Shown: positions 29,675 through 39,830, numbered from the stretch's first letter. The stretch: 64,000 nucleotides of DNA from Oceanispirochaeta sp. (GCA_963666275.2 CAXXOA010000002.1:2144001-2208000), one strand, 5' to 3'. The notes: generated from the sequence alone by a model not told the origin. Program-made: numbers and translations.

Positions 29675-30673
29675 TTACTCCACATCCACTCTTATGGTGT
29701 TCTTTTCCGCTCTCTGTTTCTGAATCATATCAATACTGATGGAGCTGATAATGATCAGACCTACGACGATTTTCTGCCAGAAAGTGGGGATATGCATGAG
29801 AATCAGGCCGTTATTGATAACGCAGAACAGGGAGACGCCTATTATGGTTCCCAGAACAGAACCATAACCGCCAAGGATACTGGCTCCGCCCAGAACAACT
29901 GCCGCAATCACCTGCATTTCAAATCCGAGAAAGGCATTCGGGTCTACCTGCCTCATAATCGATGTATGCACAACCGCGGCAAGTCCTATGAGAAAGCCTT
30001 CGAAACTGTAGACGAATATGAGAATCTTTTCCGGTTTGAAACCCATTCTTTCAGCAGATTCCAGGTTTCCTCCAATGGCATAGATTCCCCGCCCTATAAC
30101 TGTCCTTTTGAGAATAAACCATGTTGCAATGATGGTGGGTATCAGAAACAGAACCTGAATGGGAAGACCTATGGTTCTTCCGTCTGCCAGCTGCAGGGGA
30201 AAAAGGATTCTCCGTCCGAAATTGATAAAACTTACGGGAATACCTGTAATCCAGGTCCCGTTTGTGAGGTAGAGAACCAGCCCCAGTATAACGCTCATTG
30301 TTCCCAGAGTCGCAACTATGGGAGGTATTTTCAGTTTTGCTATAAGTATACCGTTTGCAAGACCCATCAGGGTGCCGCTGAGACAGGCAACAAAGATTGT
30401 TATGAAAACATTGGAACTGATGTGAATCAGGGACTGGCCGGTAATAACAGTCACCGCTGATATGATGGAGGCAACAGAAACGTCGATTCCTCCTGTTAAA
30501 AGTACCAGAAGCATTCCTAATGCCATCATGGCAAGAACCAGATTGCTTTTCAGTATATCCAGAAAATTCTCGGTTGAGAAAAAAGTCGGATTGGCAATTC
30601 CTATGACAAGGGAGATTGCTATAAGGACCAGTATTATGGGTAGTTCTTTTATTTTCATTGATCGTCTATTCAT
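29675..30673 (-). CDS. Sugar ABC transporter permease (RbsC-like)
   Basis: TGGIDVSV, IPPIVATLG, GRGIYAIGGN and IAAVVLGG motifs. Confidence 0.92.
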   Translation of the reverse strand: MNRRSMKIKELPIILVLIAISLVIGIANPTFFSTENFLDILKSNLVLAMMALGMLLVLLTGGIDVSVASIISAVTVITGQSLIHISSNVFITIFVACLSGTLMGLANGILIAKLKIPPIVATLGTMSVILGLVLYLTNGTWITGIPVSFINFGRRILFPLQLADGRTIGLPIQVLFLIPTIIATWFILKRTVIGRGIYAIGGNLESAERMGFKPEKILIFVYSFEGFLIGLAAVVHTSIMRQVDPNAFLGFEMQVIAAVVLGGASILGGYGSVLGTIIGVSLFCVINNGLILMHIPTFWQKIVVGLIIISSISIDMIQKQRAEKNTIRVDVE

Positions 30674-30682
30674 ATTGTCCCT

Positions 30683-32167
30683 CTATAAAGCCTTGCTCAT
30701 AATATCTTCCTGATTAAGATCCTCGCAGAACATCTGAGCGGTTATTCGTCCATGCCGCATAACTGCAACTCTGTCGGCAATTGCAAGAATTTCAGGGAGT
30801 TCCGAAGATATGACTATGATTCCCAGCCCGGATTCCGCCAATTCTCTCAGTAACTGGTGAATTTCTGCCTTCGCACCGATATCAATACCATTGGTTGGTT
30901 CGTCAACGATCAGAACACGGGGTTCAGTGGCAAGCCACTTTGATACCACTACTCGCTGCTGATTGCCCCCTGAGAGTTTGGAGGCCAGCATCTGCGGTAT
31001 TTTAGGACGGATGCCTAGCTGATCCATCCATTTTTCAGTCAGTATCTCTTTCTTTTGAAAATCGATGAGTCCGTTCCTGCCGCTCAGAGAGTCAAGAACA
31101 GTCAGAGATATGTTGTCTTCAATAGATTTTCTGAGAACCAGTCCCTCCTGAAGCCGGTTTTCGGGGACGTAGGAAATTCCCGCTTTTACAGCGTCGCTGG
31201 GATTACTGACTATAAGTTCTTTTCCATCCAGATATATTTTTCCTTCATCAACAGGATTCAAGCCGAATATGGCCTGCGCTACTTCTGTTCTGCCTGCGCC
31301 AACAAGCCCTGTCAGTCCCAGGATTTCCCCTTTATGAAGAGTAAAATTAATATCGATGAAATTGCCTTTCTTTGAAAAATTCTCCACCTGGAGCAGAGGT
31401 TCCTCTTTTCTCTTTTTAGGATAAATCCTGTACTCAATTTTTCTTCCAACCATTAATGATATGAGTTGATCATCATCGAGCTCGTCTTCGCTGTAGGTTC
31501 CTATATACTGTCCATCTCTCAAAACTGTGAAACGATCAGAAATAGCAAAAAGCTCATCCAGTTTATGACTTATGAAGAGCAGAGCTATGCCCTTTTTTTT
31601 CAGGGAAATCATAATATCGAAAAGTTTTTTTACTTCTCCCTTGGACAGGGATGATGTCGGTTCATCAAGAATCAGCAATTTGGCATTATTCGCCAGAGCT
31701 CTTGCGATAGCCACAAGCTGCTGGCGGGCTACTGACAGTTCTCCCAGTGGTGTTTGAAGATCCATGGAGACTCCCAGCTGCTCAATAGCATTTTTGGCTA
31801 TTTTTTCCATGGATTTCCAGCTGATAAGCTTCTCATTCTTCTCTACACTGTTACCAAGAGCGATATTTTCCATAACAGAAAGATTGGGAAATAATGAAAA
31901 ATCCTGATAAATCACAACAATACCGCTTCTCAGTGATTCCAGAGGTGTGAGGTTTTCCAGTTCCGAACCGTTAATTTTTATAGAACCGCCGGACTCAGGT
32001 TGGTATACGCCGGAGAGAATCTTTATCAGTGTGGATTTTCCTGCACCGTTTTCTCCGATGAGAGCGTGGATTTCACCTGTATTTATAGAGAAACCAACAT
32101 TCTGGAGAGCTTTAACACCCGGGAAAAACTTGGATATATTTTTGATTTCGATCAATGTCTGACCCAT
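30683..32167 (-). CDS. Sugar ABC transporter ATP-binding protein (RbsA-like, tandem)
   Basis: GENGAGKST, LDEPTSSL, LSGGNQQRV and DEPTNGID motifs. Confidence 0.94.
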   Translation of the reverse strand: MGQTLIEIKNISKFFPGVKALQNVGFSINTGEIHALIGENGAGKSTLIKILSGVYQPESGGSIKINGSELENLTPLESLRSGIVVIYQDFSLFPNLSVMENIALGNSVEKNEKLISWKSMEKIAKNAIEQLGVSMDLQTPLGELSVARQQLVAIARALANNAKLLILDEPTSSLSKGEVKKLFDIMISLKKKGIALLFISHKLDELFAISDRFTVLRDGQYIGTYSEDELDDDQLISLMVGRKIEYRIYPKKRKEEPLLQVENFSKKGNFIDINFTLHKGEILGLTGLVGAGRTEVAQAIFGLNPVDEGKIYLDGKELIVSNPSDAVKAGISYVPENRLQEGLVLRKSIEDNISLTVLDSLSGRNGLIDFQKKEILTEKWMDQLGIRPKIPQMLASKLSGGNQQRVVVSKWLATEPRVLIVDEPTNGIDIGAKAEIHQLLRELAESGLGIIVISSELPEILAIADRVAVMRHGRITAQMFCEDLNQEDIMSKAL

Positions 32168-32711
32168 GAATTCCTCCTGAATACTGGTTCATTATCAGGG
32201 GAGAATTTGATAACCGCCATCCACTAATTGATGCGAATAGTTGTATTTTTTTTAAAATGATGCACTTTATTTTATATTTGATGCATAAAATGTGTATTGT
32301 TAAGGACAGTAGTATGGGATTCATACTGAATAAAAGCGAACTTCGGTTACACGGAATACTAAAAGCAAATCAGACAGATATTAATGTATTCACTAAAATT
32401 ACTATCGCTGATAAATCTGTATTCCCTGCCTGTATTCTTATCCTTGTTTTATACAGGATCGGTGTTGCTGTTTTCGGGTTTCAATCTAAAGGGATTTATT
32501 GTCCGGTTCTCATAAATAAACTTCAGGGAAATCCTTAATAAAATTCAAGAAAATCATTGATTAGGAGGTTTTTCCATATAAGACTGTTAGTATGGACGAA
32601 AGATCACGGTTGCAGGATAGTGTTTCAGCCTGATCTTTATGATCCGAAAAATCCGGTATCAGGAACACCTGTTTTCAAAAACAGAGATATCGAATTTCCT
32701 GGTAAAAATGA

Positions 32712-33926
32712 ATGGAGAAATTAAAAGGTTGCAATATGGGTGAAGGAATCGGGACTAATAAACTAAAAGAGGATGAGCTGCGGAAGATCGTAAAAGGTCT
32801 CAATGAAGGATCTGATATTAAAAAGGTAAAGAAAGAGTTTGATAAGCTGATCCGGGATATCAGTCCTGAAGAGATTGCCAATGTGGAACAGGCTCTGATC
32901 GATGAAGGGGTTCCTGTGGAACATGTTCAGAAACTTTGCGATATTCATGTGCAGGTTTTTGATGATGCTCTGAAAAAACAGGGGAAGACAAAGGTTCTGC
33001 CCGGTCATCCCATTCATACCTACCGACTGGAAAACAGAGAGCTCAGGAGAAAACTGCGAAGTCTCAAACCCGGAAAATCCGATTTCATCTCATATCTGAA
33101 AGATGTGAAACTGATAGAGCTTCACTATATCAGGAAAGAAAATCAGCTTTTTCCCTATCTGGAATCTGTAGGGTTTACAGGCCCGTCCAAGGTCATGTGG
33201 GGAAAGCATGATGAAATCCGAACCCTTTTTCGGGAGATAGAGGAGGATTACAATAAGGGAAATCTGTCCGAAATTAAGAAAAAGACCCGAGCTTTGATAA
33301 AAGCCCTGAAGAATATGATCTTTATGGAAGAGAAAATTCTGTTTCCCACTTCCCTGCGTAAGCTGCCGTCTCAGGCATGGTCCGCTATAAGGAAAGGGGA
33401 AAATGCTATTGGTTACAGCTGGATTGAACCGGGGAACCTATGGGATGCCAATATTGTGAGTGCCCGGAATACGGATGCAGAATCAATCGCTCCTGATTCG
33501 GATACCCGGGGTACCGGCAATGAAAAGATTCCTCTGGATACGGGTTCTCTGACGGCATTTCAGATTAATCTTTTACTCAAAAATCTACCCTTTGACATGA
33601 CCTTTGTGGATGAAAATGACAAGGTTGCCTATTATTCAGAAGGAAAAGAGAGAATTTTTCCCAGGAGTCCCGGGATCATCGGTCGGGATGTTGCTAACTG
33701 TCATCCTCCTAAAAGCGTCCATGTGGTGGAGAAAATAGTGGAAGCTCTGAAAAAAGGGGAGAAGGATCAGGCCGAGTTCTGGATTCAGATGAATGGAAAG
33801 TTTATCCACATCCGCTATTTTCCCCTCTTTGACATGCTGGGAAAATACAGGGGAATCATAGAAGTCAGTCAGGAAATTTCCGGAATCCGTGCCCTTGAAG
33901 GGGAACGGCGCTTGTTGGACTGGTAA
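32712..33926 (+). CDS. DUF438 domain protein (DUF438 + hemerythrin-like + PAS)
   Basis: EQAL, LCDIH, GHPIHTY..EN, HYIRKENQLFP, VMWGKHDEIR, MIFMEE.ILFP and NCHPPKS motifs; alternative start at 32736. Confidence 0.88.
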   Translation: MEKLKGCNMGEGIGTNKLKEDELRKIVKGLNEGSDIKKVKKEFDKLIRDISPEEIANVEQALIDEGVPVEHVQKLCDIHVQVFDDALKKQGKTKVLPGHPIHTYRLENRELRRKLRSLKPGKSDFISYLKDVKLIELHYIRKENQLFPYLESVGFTGPSKVMWGKHDEIRTLFREIEEDYNKGNLSEIKKKTRALIKALKNMIFMEEKILFPTSLRKLPSQAWSAIRKGENAIGYSWIEPGNLWDANIVSARNTDAESIAPDSDTRGTGNEKIPLDTGSLTAFQINLLLKNLPFDMTFVDENDKVAYYSEGKERIFPRSPGIIGRDVANCHPPKSVHVVEKIVEALKKGEKDQAEFWIQMNGKFIHIRYFPLFDMLGKYRGIIEVSQEISGIRALEGERRLLDW

Positions 33927-34652
33927 ATGGACTCATACAGAATCTTATCTCTGGTCGATTATATTCAGCTTATTCAGAAAGGGCAGCTGGATAAAACTCT
34001 TTACTCCTATTTTGAACCGGCACTGAAAGAGTGCACACCCTTCGAGGTAAATATTGCTATTGAGAATTTGCTGATTCGATACAAGCATGTGGAGGCGCTT
34101 GAAAAACCGATTGCCCGTTTTATACGCGCTGCTTCTTTAGGACTGGATCAGTATCCTGCTCCAAAGTACGGACAGGATGGTTTATTCCCAATACTCATTC
34201 AAGAGAATCGAGTAGTTCAATCACTGTTAAATGGTTTGAAGAAATCGTTTATGCAGATACTGCCGGAGTTAAAAGAAAATCGAATTTCTGAAAAAGCCCG
34301 GATCAGAAGTGAAATTGATAATCTCGCATCTGTAAAATCCCATTATCTGAAGCTGCAGTACGGATTGTTCTCCGCTCTGGAGTCGGTTGATGCTCCCACT
34401 CAATGTATTAAACTGATTTGGCATTTACAGGATTCTGTCTGGATATACCATAAGGATTGTCTTGAACTGCTATCTGGAAAAGAATGGGATTTTAACAGGT
34501 TCAACAGAGTTTACGGGCAGATGTATTTTCTCCTGGGAACACTTTTATACCGTGAAGAGAAGATCCTTTATCCCGTAGCGGCAGAAGTCCTTTCAGGCTC
34601 AATCCAGACTTCTCTTGTGGAAGAAACCGAGTCCTATGGGATTCTGAGTTGA
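33927..34652 (+). CDS. Hypothetical protein, divergent DUF438/hemerythrin-like
   Basis: HYLKLQYGLF, IWHLQD and YREEKILYP echo the hemerythrin-like motifs of the upstream gene; starts right after its stop. Confidence 0.65.
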   Translation: MDSYRILSLVDYIQLIQKGQLDKTLYSYFEPALKECTPFEVNIAIENLLIRYKHVEALEKPIARFIRAASLGLDQYPAPKYGQDGLFPILIQENRVVQSLLNGLKKSFMQILPELKENRISEKARIRSEIDNLASVKSHYLKLQYGLFSALESVDAPTQCIKLIWHLQDSVWIYHKDCLELLSGKEWDFNRFNRVYGQMYFLLGTLLYREEKILYPVAAEVLSGSIQTSLVEETESYGILS

Positions 34653-34764
34653 CCGGGTACCAGGCATAAGTTTCAAGTTACAAAACCAGTGACCTGGAAA
34701 ATTCCTATCGGGGAAATGGAAACAATAAAGTTTACAAATATTGTAATATTAAAGAGCTTTATTA

Positions 34765-34817
34765 TTGACTATCATATAAGTAGGAAATATAATGTTTATA
34801 TAGGGTAGGGGGGTATA
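34765..34817 (+). promoter_or_regulatory. Sigma70 promoter with CsoR/RcnR-like G-tract operator
   Basis: TTGACT (34765)-17 bp-TATAAT (34788), immediately followed by TATA-GGGTAGGGGGG-TATA (34799-34817). Confidence 0.72.
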
Positions 34818-34866
34818 GTATCCCAGCCTGCGTAGAAATTCTATGAGAGGTCCCGGAGGATCAGTT

Positions 34867-35004
34867 ATGAAAAGAATTAAAATAAATTTAAAGAAAAAAT
34901 GGATGAACTATCTTAATAAGCTGGCAAAAGTTAACAGTGATCTCTACGGCTCTGAAAAACTGGATTGCTGCGGTCTCGATAAAAGAGTGAAAAAATCGAA
35001 ATAA
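34867..35004 (+). CDS. Small LDCC-motif putative metal-binding protein (45 aa)
   Basis: Manual translation MKRIKINLKKKWMNYLNKLAKVNSDLYGSEKLDCCGLDKRVKKSK; GGAGGA RBS; own promoter; below the ORF-track cutoff. Confidence 0.8.
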   Translation: MKRIKINLKKKWMNYLNKLAKVNSDLYGSEKLDCCGLDKRVKKSK

Positions 35005-35635
35005 TGTATTTTTTATTTATATTTAAATCCTATTTAAATGGTAGTGTAAAAGTAGGGTTAAATTAGATACTGCCGCAATGGCTGTTTCAAAAGTCTAAAA
35101 ATAAACTTGCAGAACCCGCGGCATTACAATAAATTAGTCAAAAAGGAGCTTTCTTCCAGAAACATTCCCTTTCGTAGAGACTCCCGTAGACATTGATGCC
35201 CGGGGGAATCTGGTTTTCCTTACAGACAGACTTTCCGTTCCAGAGGACGGCGTGGAAATCATTGTGGTTCAGAAGGATCTTTCCTATCAGAAATTTTCCA
35301 TTTGTAATCTGGTCCTAAATGGGAATCTTCATCCGGGAGTATCGTAACTTACTGAATATAACTCAACAGGCACACAATGAGAACAATATCCCCTGCCTGT
35401 CGGTCCGGAGAAATAGATACAATCAGTTGAAAATCCTCTGTTCAGGATTTTCTTTCGAATTTCAATCTTCTTCATCATATTCCTCCCGACCAGATTTCCT
35501 ATATTATTCATGAGAAATGGGCCGTTCTTTTTGATGAAGAAGGGCAATCTGCTGTTATTCATGATCCAAACAATTCCCCATTCTCTGACATATCCCATCA
35601 GACAGTTTGCTCAGTATATTTTATCCATCCGGATA

Positions 35636-36325
35636 TTAATTTTCGCCAATAAGATCTCCAGGACAGTTGGAAAATACACCATCCACACCCCAGGTAGTGA
35701 GACGAGCCAGATCATCCCGGCGGTCCACTGTGTATATAAAAACCTTGTAACCTCTTTGATGAGCATCACTAATCATTTTTTCATTGATGAATTCAATATT
35801 ATAATGAAGGGACCATGGTTCCAGAGCTGTGGCAAAACCTCCCAGATCCAGGGGGATTCCCCCATTGAGTGCGCCTCTTCTGAATTGGGGTTTCAGCTCT
35901 TTGAATACCATCAGTTCGGGCAGATCAAAAGACGATATAAGAGTATTTTCAGCCAGCCAGGGAAAGTCCTGAAGACTATCATCAATAAATCGGCTCAAGG
36001 CATGGGCGGTTCCCCGGCCTTTCAGTTCAATATTAATCGGTATTCCGTTCTGAATAAGAGTCAGTACCTCCGAAAGGGTCGGTATCTGCTCTCCTTCTCC
36101 CGCATCCAGTTGCTTCAATTCCTCCAGGGTCATTTCCTCCACCAGTCCATCCCCGTTGGTTGTCCGGTTGACTCTGTCGTCATGGATGACTACCAGTTCA
36201 CCGGAACAGCATCGGTATATATCCAGCTCCAGCATATCGGCATTCTGTTCAATGGCCAGTTTAAATGAGCTCAGGGTGTTTTCCGGTTTATAGTCCGGAG
36301 CGCCCCGATGTCCTGCAATAATCAT
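35636..36325 (-). CDS. Glycerophosphodiester phosphodiesterase
   Basis: GHRGA..PENTL, ELD, HD..VNRTT, NIELK and ISSF motifs. Confidence 0.92.
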   Translation of the reverse strand: MIIAGHRGAPDYKPENTLSSFKLAIEQNADMLELDIYRCCSGELVVIHDDRVNRTTNGDGLVEEMTLEELKQLDAGEGEQIPTLSEVLTLIQNGIPINIELKGRGTAHALSRFIDDSLQDFPWLAENTLISSFDLPELMVFKELKPQFRRGALNGGIPLDLGGFATALEPWSLHYNIEFINEKMISDAHQRGYKVFIYTVDRRDDLARLTTWGVDGVFSNCPGDLIGEN

Positions 36326-36339
36326 ATTTTCCTCGAATT

Positions 36340-37344
36340 CTATTTTGTGGATTTGCGTTCAATTATAACTGTCGGAACCCTTATCGTTACTGGATGGCTT
36401 TCCGGTTCCTCCATCAGTTGAATCAGGCGCGCGGCGGCGAGCCGTCCCATCTCTTTTATATGGACCTGGGCTGTCGTCAGAGGCGGGTAGTTATGTTCTG
36501 CCCAGGGTATATCATCAAATCCTGTTATTCCTACCTCCTCGGGAATGGAAAGGCCCTCATTTCTGACAGCTTTGCAGAACCCGATGGCCATGGCATCGTT
36601 TACAGCTGCAACTCCCATAGGATCTTTGTATTTTCCTTTTATCTGACTGAAAGCCTCTTCTCCTGTTTCCACAGTGGTTTCGGTCAGAGTCACCACCTCC
36701 GGAGTCATTCCCGCTTCCTGTATGGCCATTTTATACCCGGCCAGTCTTTCCTTATTGTTGTACCAGTCCTCCGGTCCTGTTATATGGATAATGTGAGGAT
36801 ACCCTTTCTTAATAAGGAGATTTGTAAGGTTGTAGGATGATTCTCTATCCTCACAGACAACACTGTCCAGTACAGTTTCCTGCAGTTTATTTTCAAGCAG
36901 AACTATCGGGATCCCGGCTTTCCGGAAAGAAAGAATTGTTTTGGCGGGGATACTCTGGCCGCGTATGATCAGCCCGGCAAAATCATTCTCTCCCAGGGGG
37001 CTTCCTTTGATTATTTCGCTCAGTGATATGGTTTCATCTTCAAACAGCCCCAGATTTATGCACTGGTAGCCATGCTTCTGAAAGTACTCCTCAAATCTGT
37101 CTATGGAGTGGTGAAAATAGATCTGATCCTGTTGTCCGCCTCTCCTTCGACCCAGAATGCCAATGAATCGGGCTCGGGGATTTGCCAGGTTGCTGGCATT
37201 ATAGTTCTGCTGAAAATCCGTATCTTTAACTGCATCCAGAACCATTTGTCTGGTTTTTTCACTGATTCCCGGTTTGTCGTTCAAAACCCGTGACACGGTA
37301 GAAGGGGATATCTGGAGTTTTTCAGCCAGCTCTTTTAAATTCAT
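36340..37344 (-). CDS. LacI family transcriptional regulator
   Basis: N-terminal HTH (LKELAEKLQISPSTVSRVLN); NDAMA, GFDD and PPLTT motifs. Confidence 0.93.
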   Translation of the reverse strand: MNLKELAEKLQISPSTVSRVLNDKPGISEKTRQMVLDAVKDTDFQQNYNASNLANPRARFIGILGRRRGGQQDQIYFHHSIDRFEEYFQKHGYQCINLGLFEDETISLSEIIKGSPLGENDFAGLIIRGQSIPAKTILSFRKAGIPIVLLENKLQETVLDSVVCEDRESSYNLTNLLIKKGYPHIIHITGPEDWYNNKERLAGYKMAIQEAGMTPEVVTLTETTVETGEEAFSQIKGKYKDPMGVAAVNDAMAIGFCKAVRNEGLSIPEEVGITGFDDIPWAEHNYPPLTTAQVHIKEMGRLAAARLIQLMEEPESHPVTIRVPTVIIERKSTK

Positions 37345-37391
37345 CGAATCCTCTCTCGTTTAAAGGTTTATTTCATTATATCAGAAAATCC

Positions 37392-37437
37392 TTGACAGTA
37401 GTTTAACTCCGGTGCAATACTTATGCAAGCGATTTCG
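37392..37437 (+). promoter_or_regulatory. Promoter with LacI-type operator
   Basis: TTGACA at 37392; TG-c-AATACT at 37413-37421; TGCAAGCGATTTCG (37424-37437) resembles the LacI consensus TGNAANCGNTTNCA. Confidence 0.55.
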
Positions 37438-37464
37438 AAAAAATTGCACTAAAAGGAGGACTTT

Positions 37465-38853
37465 ATGAAAAAAGGGATTTTATTCTTTTCTCTCATGCTT
37501 TGCATTTCTGCGGCCTTATCTGCCGGAGGAGCTCAGGAAGCAGAAACAGGTCCACGGACTGTTACCATAGATGTATGGACCAGGGAGGGTGGGGTGAACC
37601 ACTGGAGAGCTGATCTTGCACTGGAAGCAGCGGAAGAACTGAATGCCCAGCTGAAGAGCGAAGGGTCTCAGATTACTGTGGAAGTGAACCCTGTCCATGA
37701 TGAAGGGGACTGGGGCGGATTCAAAAAGAAATATTCACTGGCCGCCGATGCCGGAGAGGCTCCTCTAATTGTCATATCCGGCCATGAGGATATTGCCACA
37801 TGGGGACAGGCAGGATACATCGTTCCCCTGGCCGATACTGTGGCGGAAATCCAGGGAAAAGCTCCCCAGTTTGCCGACATATTTGATTCTCTGTGGAATT
37901 GCTCTTCCTGGAGAGGGCAGGTATGGGGTGTTCCTCAGGATACGGAAGCAAGACCCATGTACTTCAATAAGACAATCCTGGCGCAGATGGGCTGGTCTGA
38001 TAAGGACATTGCAGATCTGCCGGGAAAGATCGCATCAGGGGCTTTCACACTGGATAACATGCTGGATGTGGCTGCGGAAGCTCAGGATAAAGGCCTTGTC
38101 AAGCCCGGTTACGGCTATTGGCATCGTCCCCGGAAGGGTGGTGATTTCGTCCAGTTCTACAGAGCCTACGGCGGTGAAATCTACGATGCCGGTCAGGACA
38201 AACTGATGATTACACGGGATGCCCTTGTGAAGTTCTATGATTTCCAGAGAAGAACTGTCACAACAGGAGTGACTCCGGATAAGTACATCGGAACGGAATG
38301 GAAAATCTGGCATGACGTTGTTTCCAACGGTAAAGCTCTGTTTTTTAACGGTGGAACATGGATGTGGGCCGACTGGGCTAAAAACTATGCTGTGGGCGGG
38401 GAAGACGCTCTTTTTGAAAACATAAGCTATGCCTATGAACCCTCAGGGATAGCAGGACAGAAAGGAACTACCCTTTCCCATCCACTTGTCTACCTTGTGT
38501 CCAGCGAAGATGCTTCGAACTCATCTGATCAGGACCTGGCTCTCAGGCTGATTGCTCTAATGTCAACTACCGAAAGGAATACAAGACATGCTGTTGAAAG
38601 CGGTCATCTGGGGATCCTGAAGTCCCAGACGGATTTTGACGCCTATAAATCCAGTCAGTTCCTGGCAGATGTAACTTATCTGCTGGATAACAACTTCTAT
38701 CAGCCCAATCACGTTCTCTATGGAACCTGGTTTGATATCTTCTGGGATGGAATGGTGTCTGCTGAACAGGGAGAACTCTCTCCTGAAGAGGCAGCGGACG
38801 AAGCCATTACCCTTATGAAACTCGAAATTGAAGATCAGCTGATTGTAAAATAA
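37465..38853 (+). CDS. Carbohydrate ABC transporter substrate-binding protein (family 1)
   Basis: Signal peptide; WGVPQDTEARPMYFNK motif; AGGAGG RBS; first gene of a CUT1 operon. Confidence 0.88.
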   Translation: MKKGILFFSLMLCISAALSAGGAQEAETGPRTVTIDVWTREGGVNHWRADLALEAAEELNAQLKSEGSQITVEVNPVHDEGDWGGFKKKYSLAADAGEAPLIVISGHEDIATWGQAGYIVPLADTVAEIQGKAPQFADIFDSLWNCSSWRGQVWGVPQDTEARPMYFNKTILAQMGWSDKDIADLPGKIASGAFTLDNMLDVAAEAQDKGLVKPGYGYWHRPRKGGDFVQFYRAYGGEIYDAGQDKLMITRDALVKFYDFQRRTVTTGVTPDKYIGTEWKIWHDVVSNGKALFFNGGTWMWADWAKNYAVGGEDALFENISYAYEPSGIAGQKGTTLSHPLVYLVSSEDASNSSDQDLALRLIALMSTTERNTRHAVESGHLGILKSQTDFDAYKSSQFLADVTYLLDNNFYQPNHVLYGTWFDIFWDGMVSAEQGELSPEEAADEAITLMKLEIEDQLIVK

Positions 38854-38907
38854 ATCTTTTGGCAGAGGGCCCCCGGTCGGGGGCTCCCTTGAATAATAGG
38901 AGATTCA

Positions 38908-39822
38908 ATGAATATCAAAAAGCGGTACCTTACCGGCTACTGGTTTATGCTGCCTGCTGCTCTTTTGGTCATACTCTACTTCTTTATCCCCGTGGTTATG
39001 ACCCTGGGAATCTCTCTGACCGATATGAGTTCCGTTACGGGTTTCAAGCACTGGTCCTGGGTGGGCCTGAAAAATTACGTTAAAATAATGGTGCATCCTG
39101 AAACACCGAATAATTTTCTGGTGACTGTAAAATATGTTGCCTTTACCCTTGTTTTCTTTAATGTGGGACTGGGGCTTCTTGTTGCCATTCTTACACATCA
39201 TCTGCCCAAATGGCTGGGAGGATTCTTCCGGTCTCTGTGGCTTCTTCCGCGAATTACGCCCCCTGTTGTCTATGTTCTTATGTGGTCCATGATGGCGGCA
39301 GATGCTCCCTATGGAGTTATTAATCAGCTGTTCCGGATTCCCTTCGGACTTCCAACAGCAAACTGGGTGCCTGAATATGCCACCCTTTTCATTGTCCTCG
39401 TAAATGGATATATAGGAGCTTCATTCGGTATGATCCTGTTTTCATCGGCCATAGAAGCTCTTCCCAAAGATATAATGGTATCATCTCTTGTGGACGGGGC
39501 ATCCCGTTTTCAGAGGGTCAGGTATATCATACTGCCCCAGCTCAAGTGGCCACTCCTTTTTGTAACCACATACCAGACCCTGTCCCTTCTCACCTCTTTC
39601 GAAAGTATAATGATTCTTACGGATGGAAATTTTAATACAGAAGTCTGGTCTCTCTGGTCCTACCATAAAGCATTGAATAATTATTATGGCAATTTCCAAT
39701 ATGGTTTCGGTGCAGCATTATCTGCTGTTCTTGTTCTGGTCGGCGTTGTTCTGGCCGCAGTCTATCTTAAATACTTCAAGTTCGCTGAGCTGGTGAAAGA
39801 GCCGCTCATCGAGGAACTTTAG
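38908..39822 (+). CDS. Carbohydrate ABC transporter permease
   Basis: WVGLKNY motif; EAA-like loop SSLVDGASRFQ.VRYIILPQL. Confidence 0.9.
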   Translation: MNIKKRYLTGYWFMLPAALLVILYFFIPVVMTLGISLTDMSSVTGFKHWSWVGLKNYVKIMVHPETPNNFLVTVKYVAFTLVFFNVGLGLLVAILTHHLPKWLGGFFRSLWLLPRITPPVVYVLMWSMMAADAPYGVINQLFRIPFGLPTANWVPEYATLFIVLVNGYIGASFGMILFSSAIEALPKDIMVSSLVDGASRFQRVRYIILPQLKWPLLFVTTYQTLSLLTSFESIMILTDGNFNTEVWSLWSYHKALNNYYGNFQYGFGAALSAVLVLVGVVLAAVYLKYFKFAELVKEPLIEEL

Positions 39823-39830
39823 GAGGTCCC

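Noticed and set aside
35329..35598. 89-aa minus-strand ORF downstream of the GDPD gene
   Set aside because: Composition is not protein-like and there is no clear RBS.
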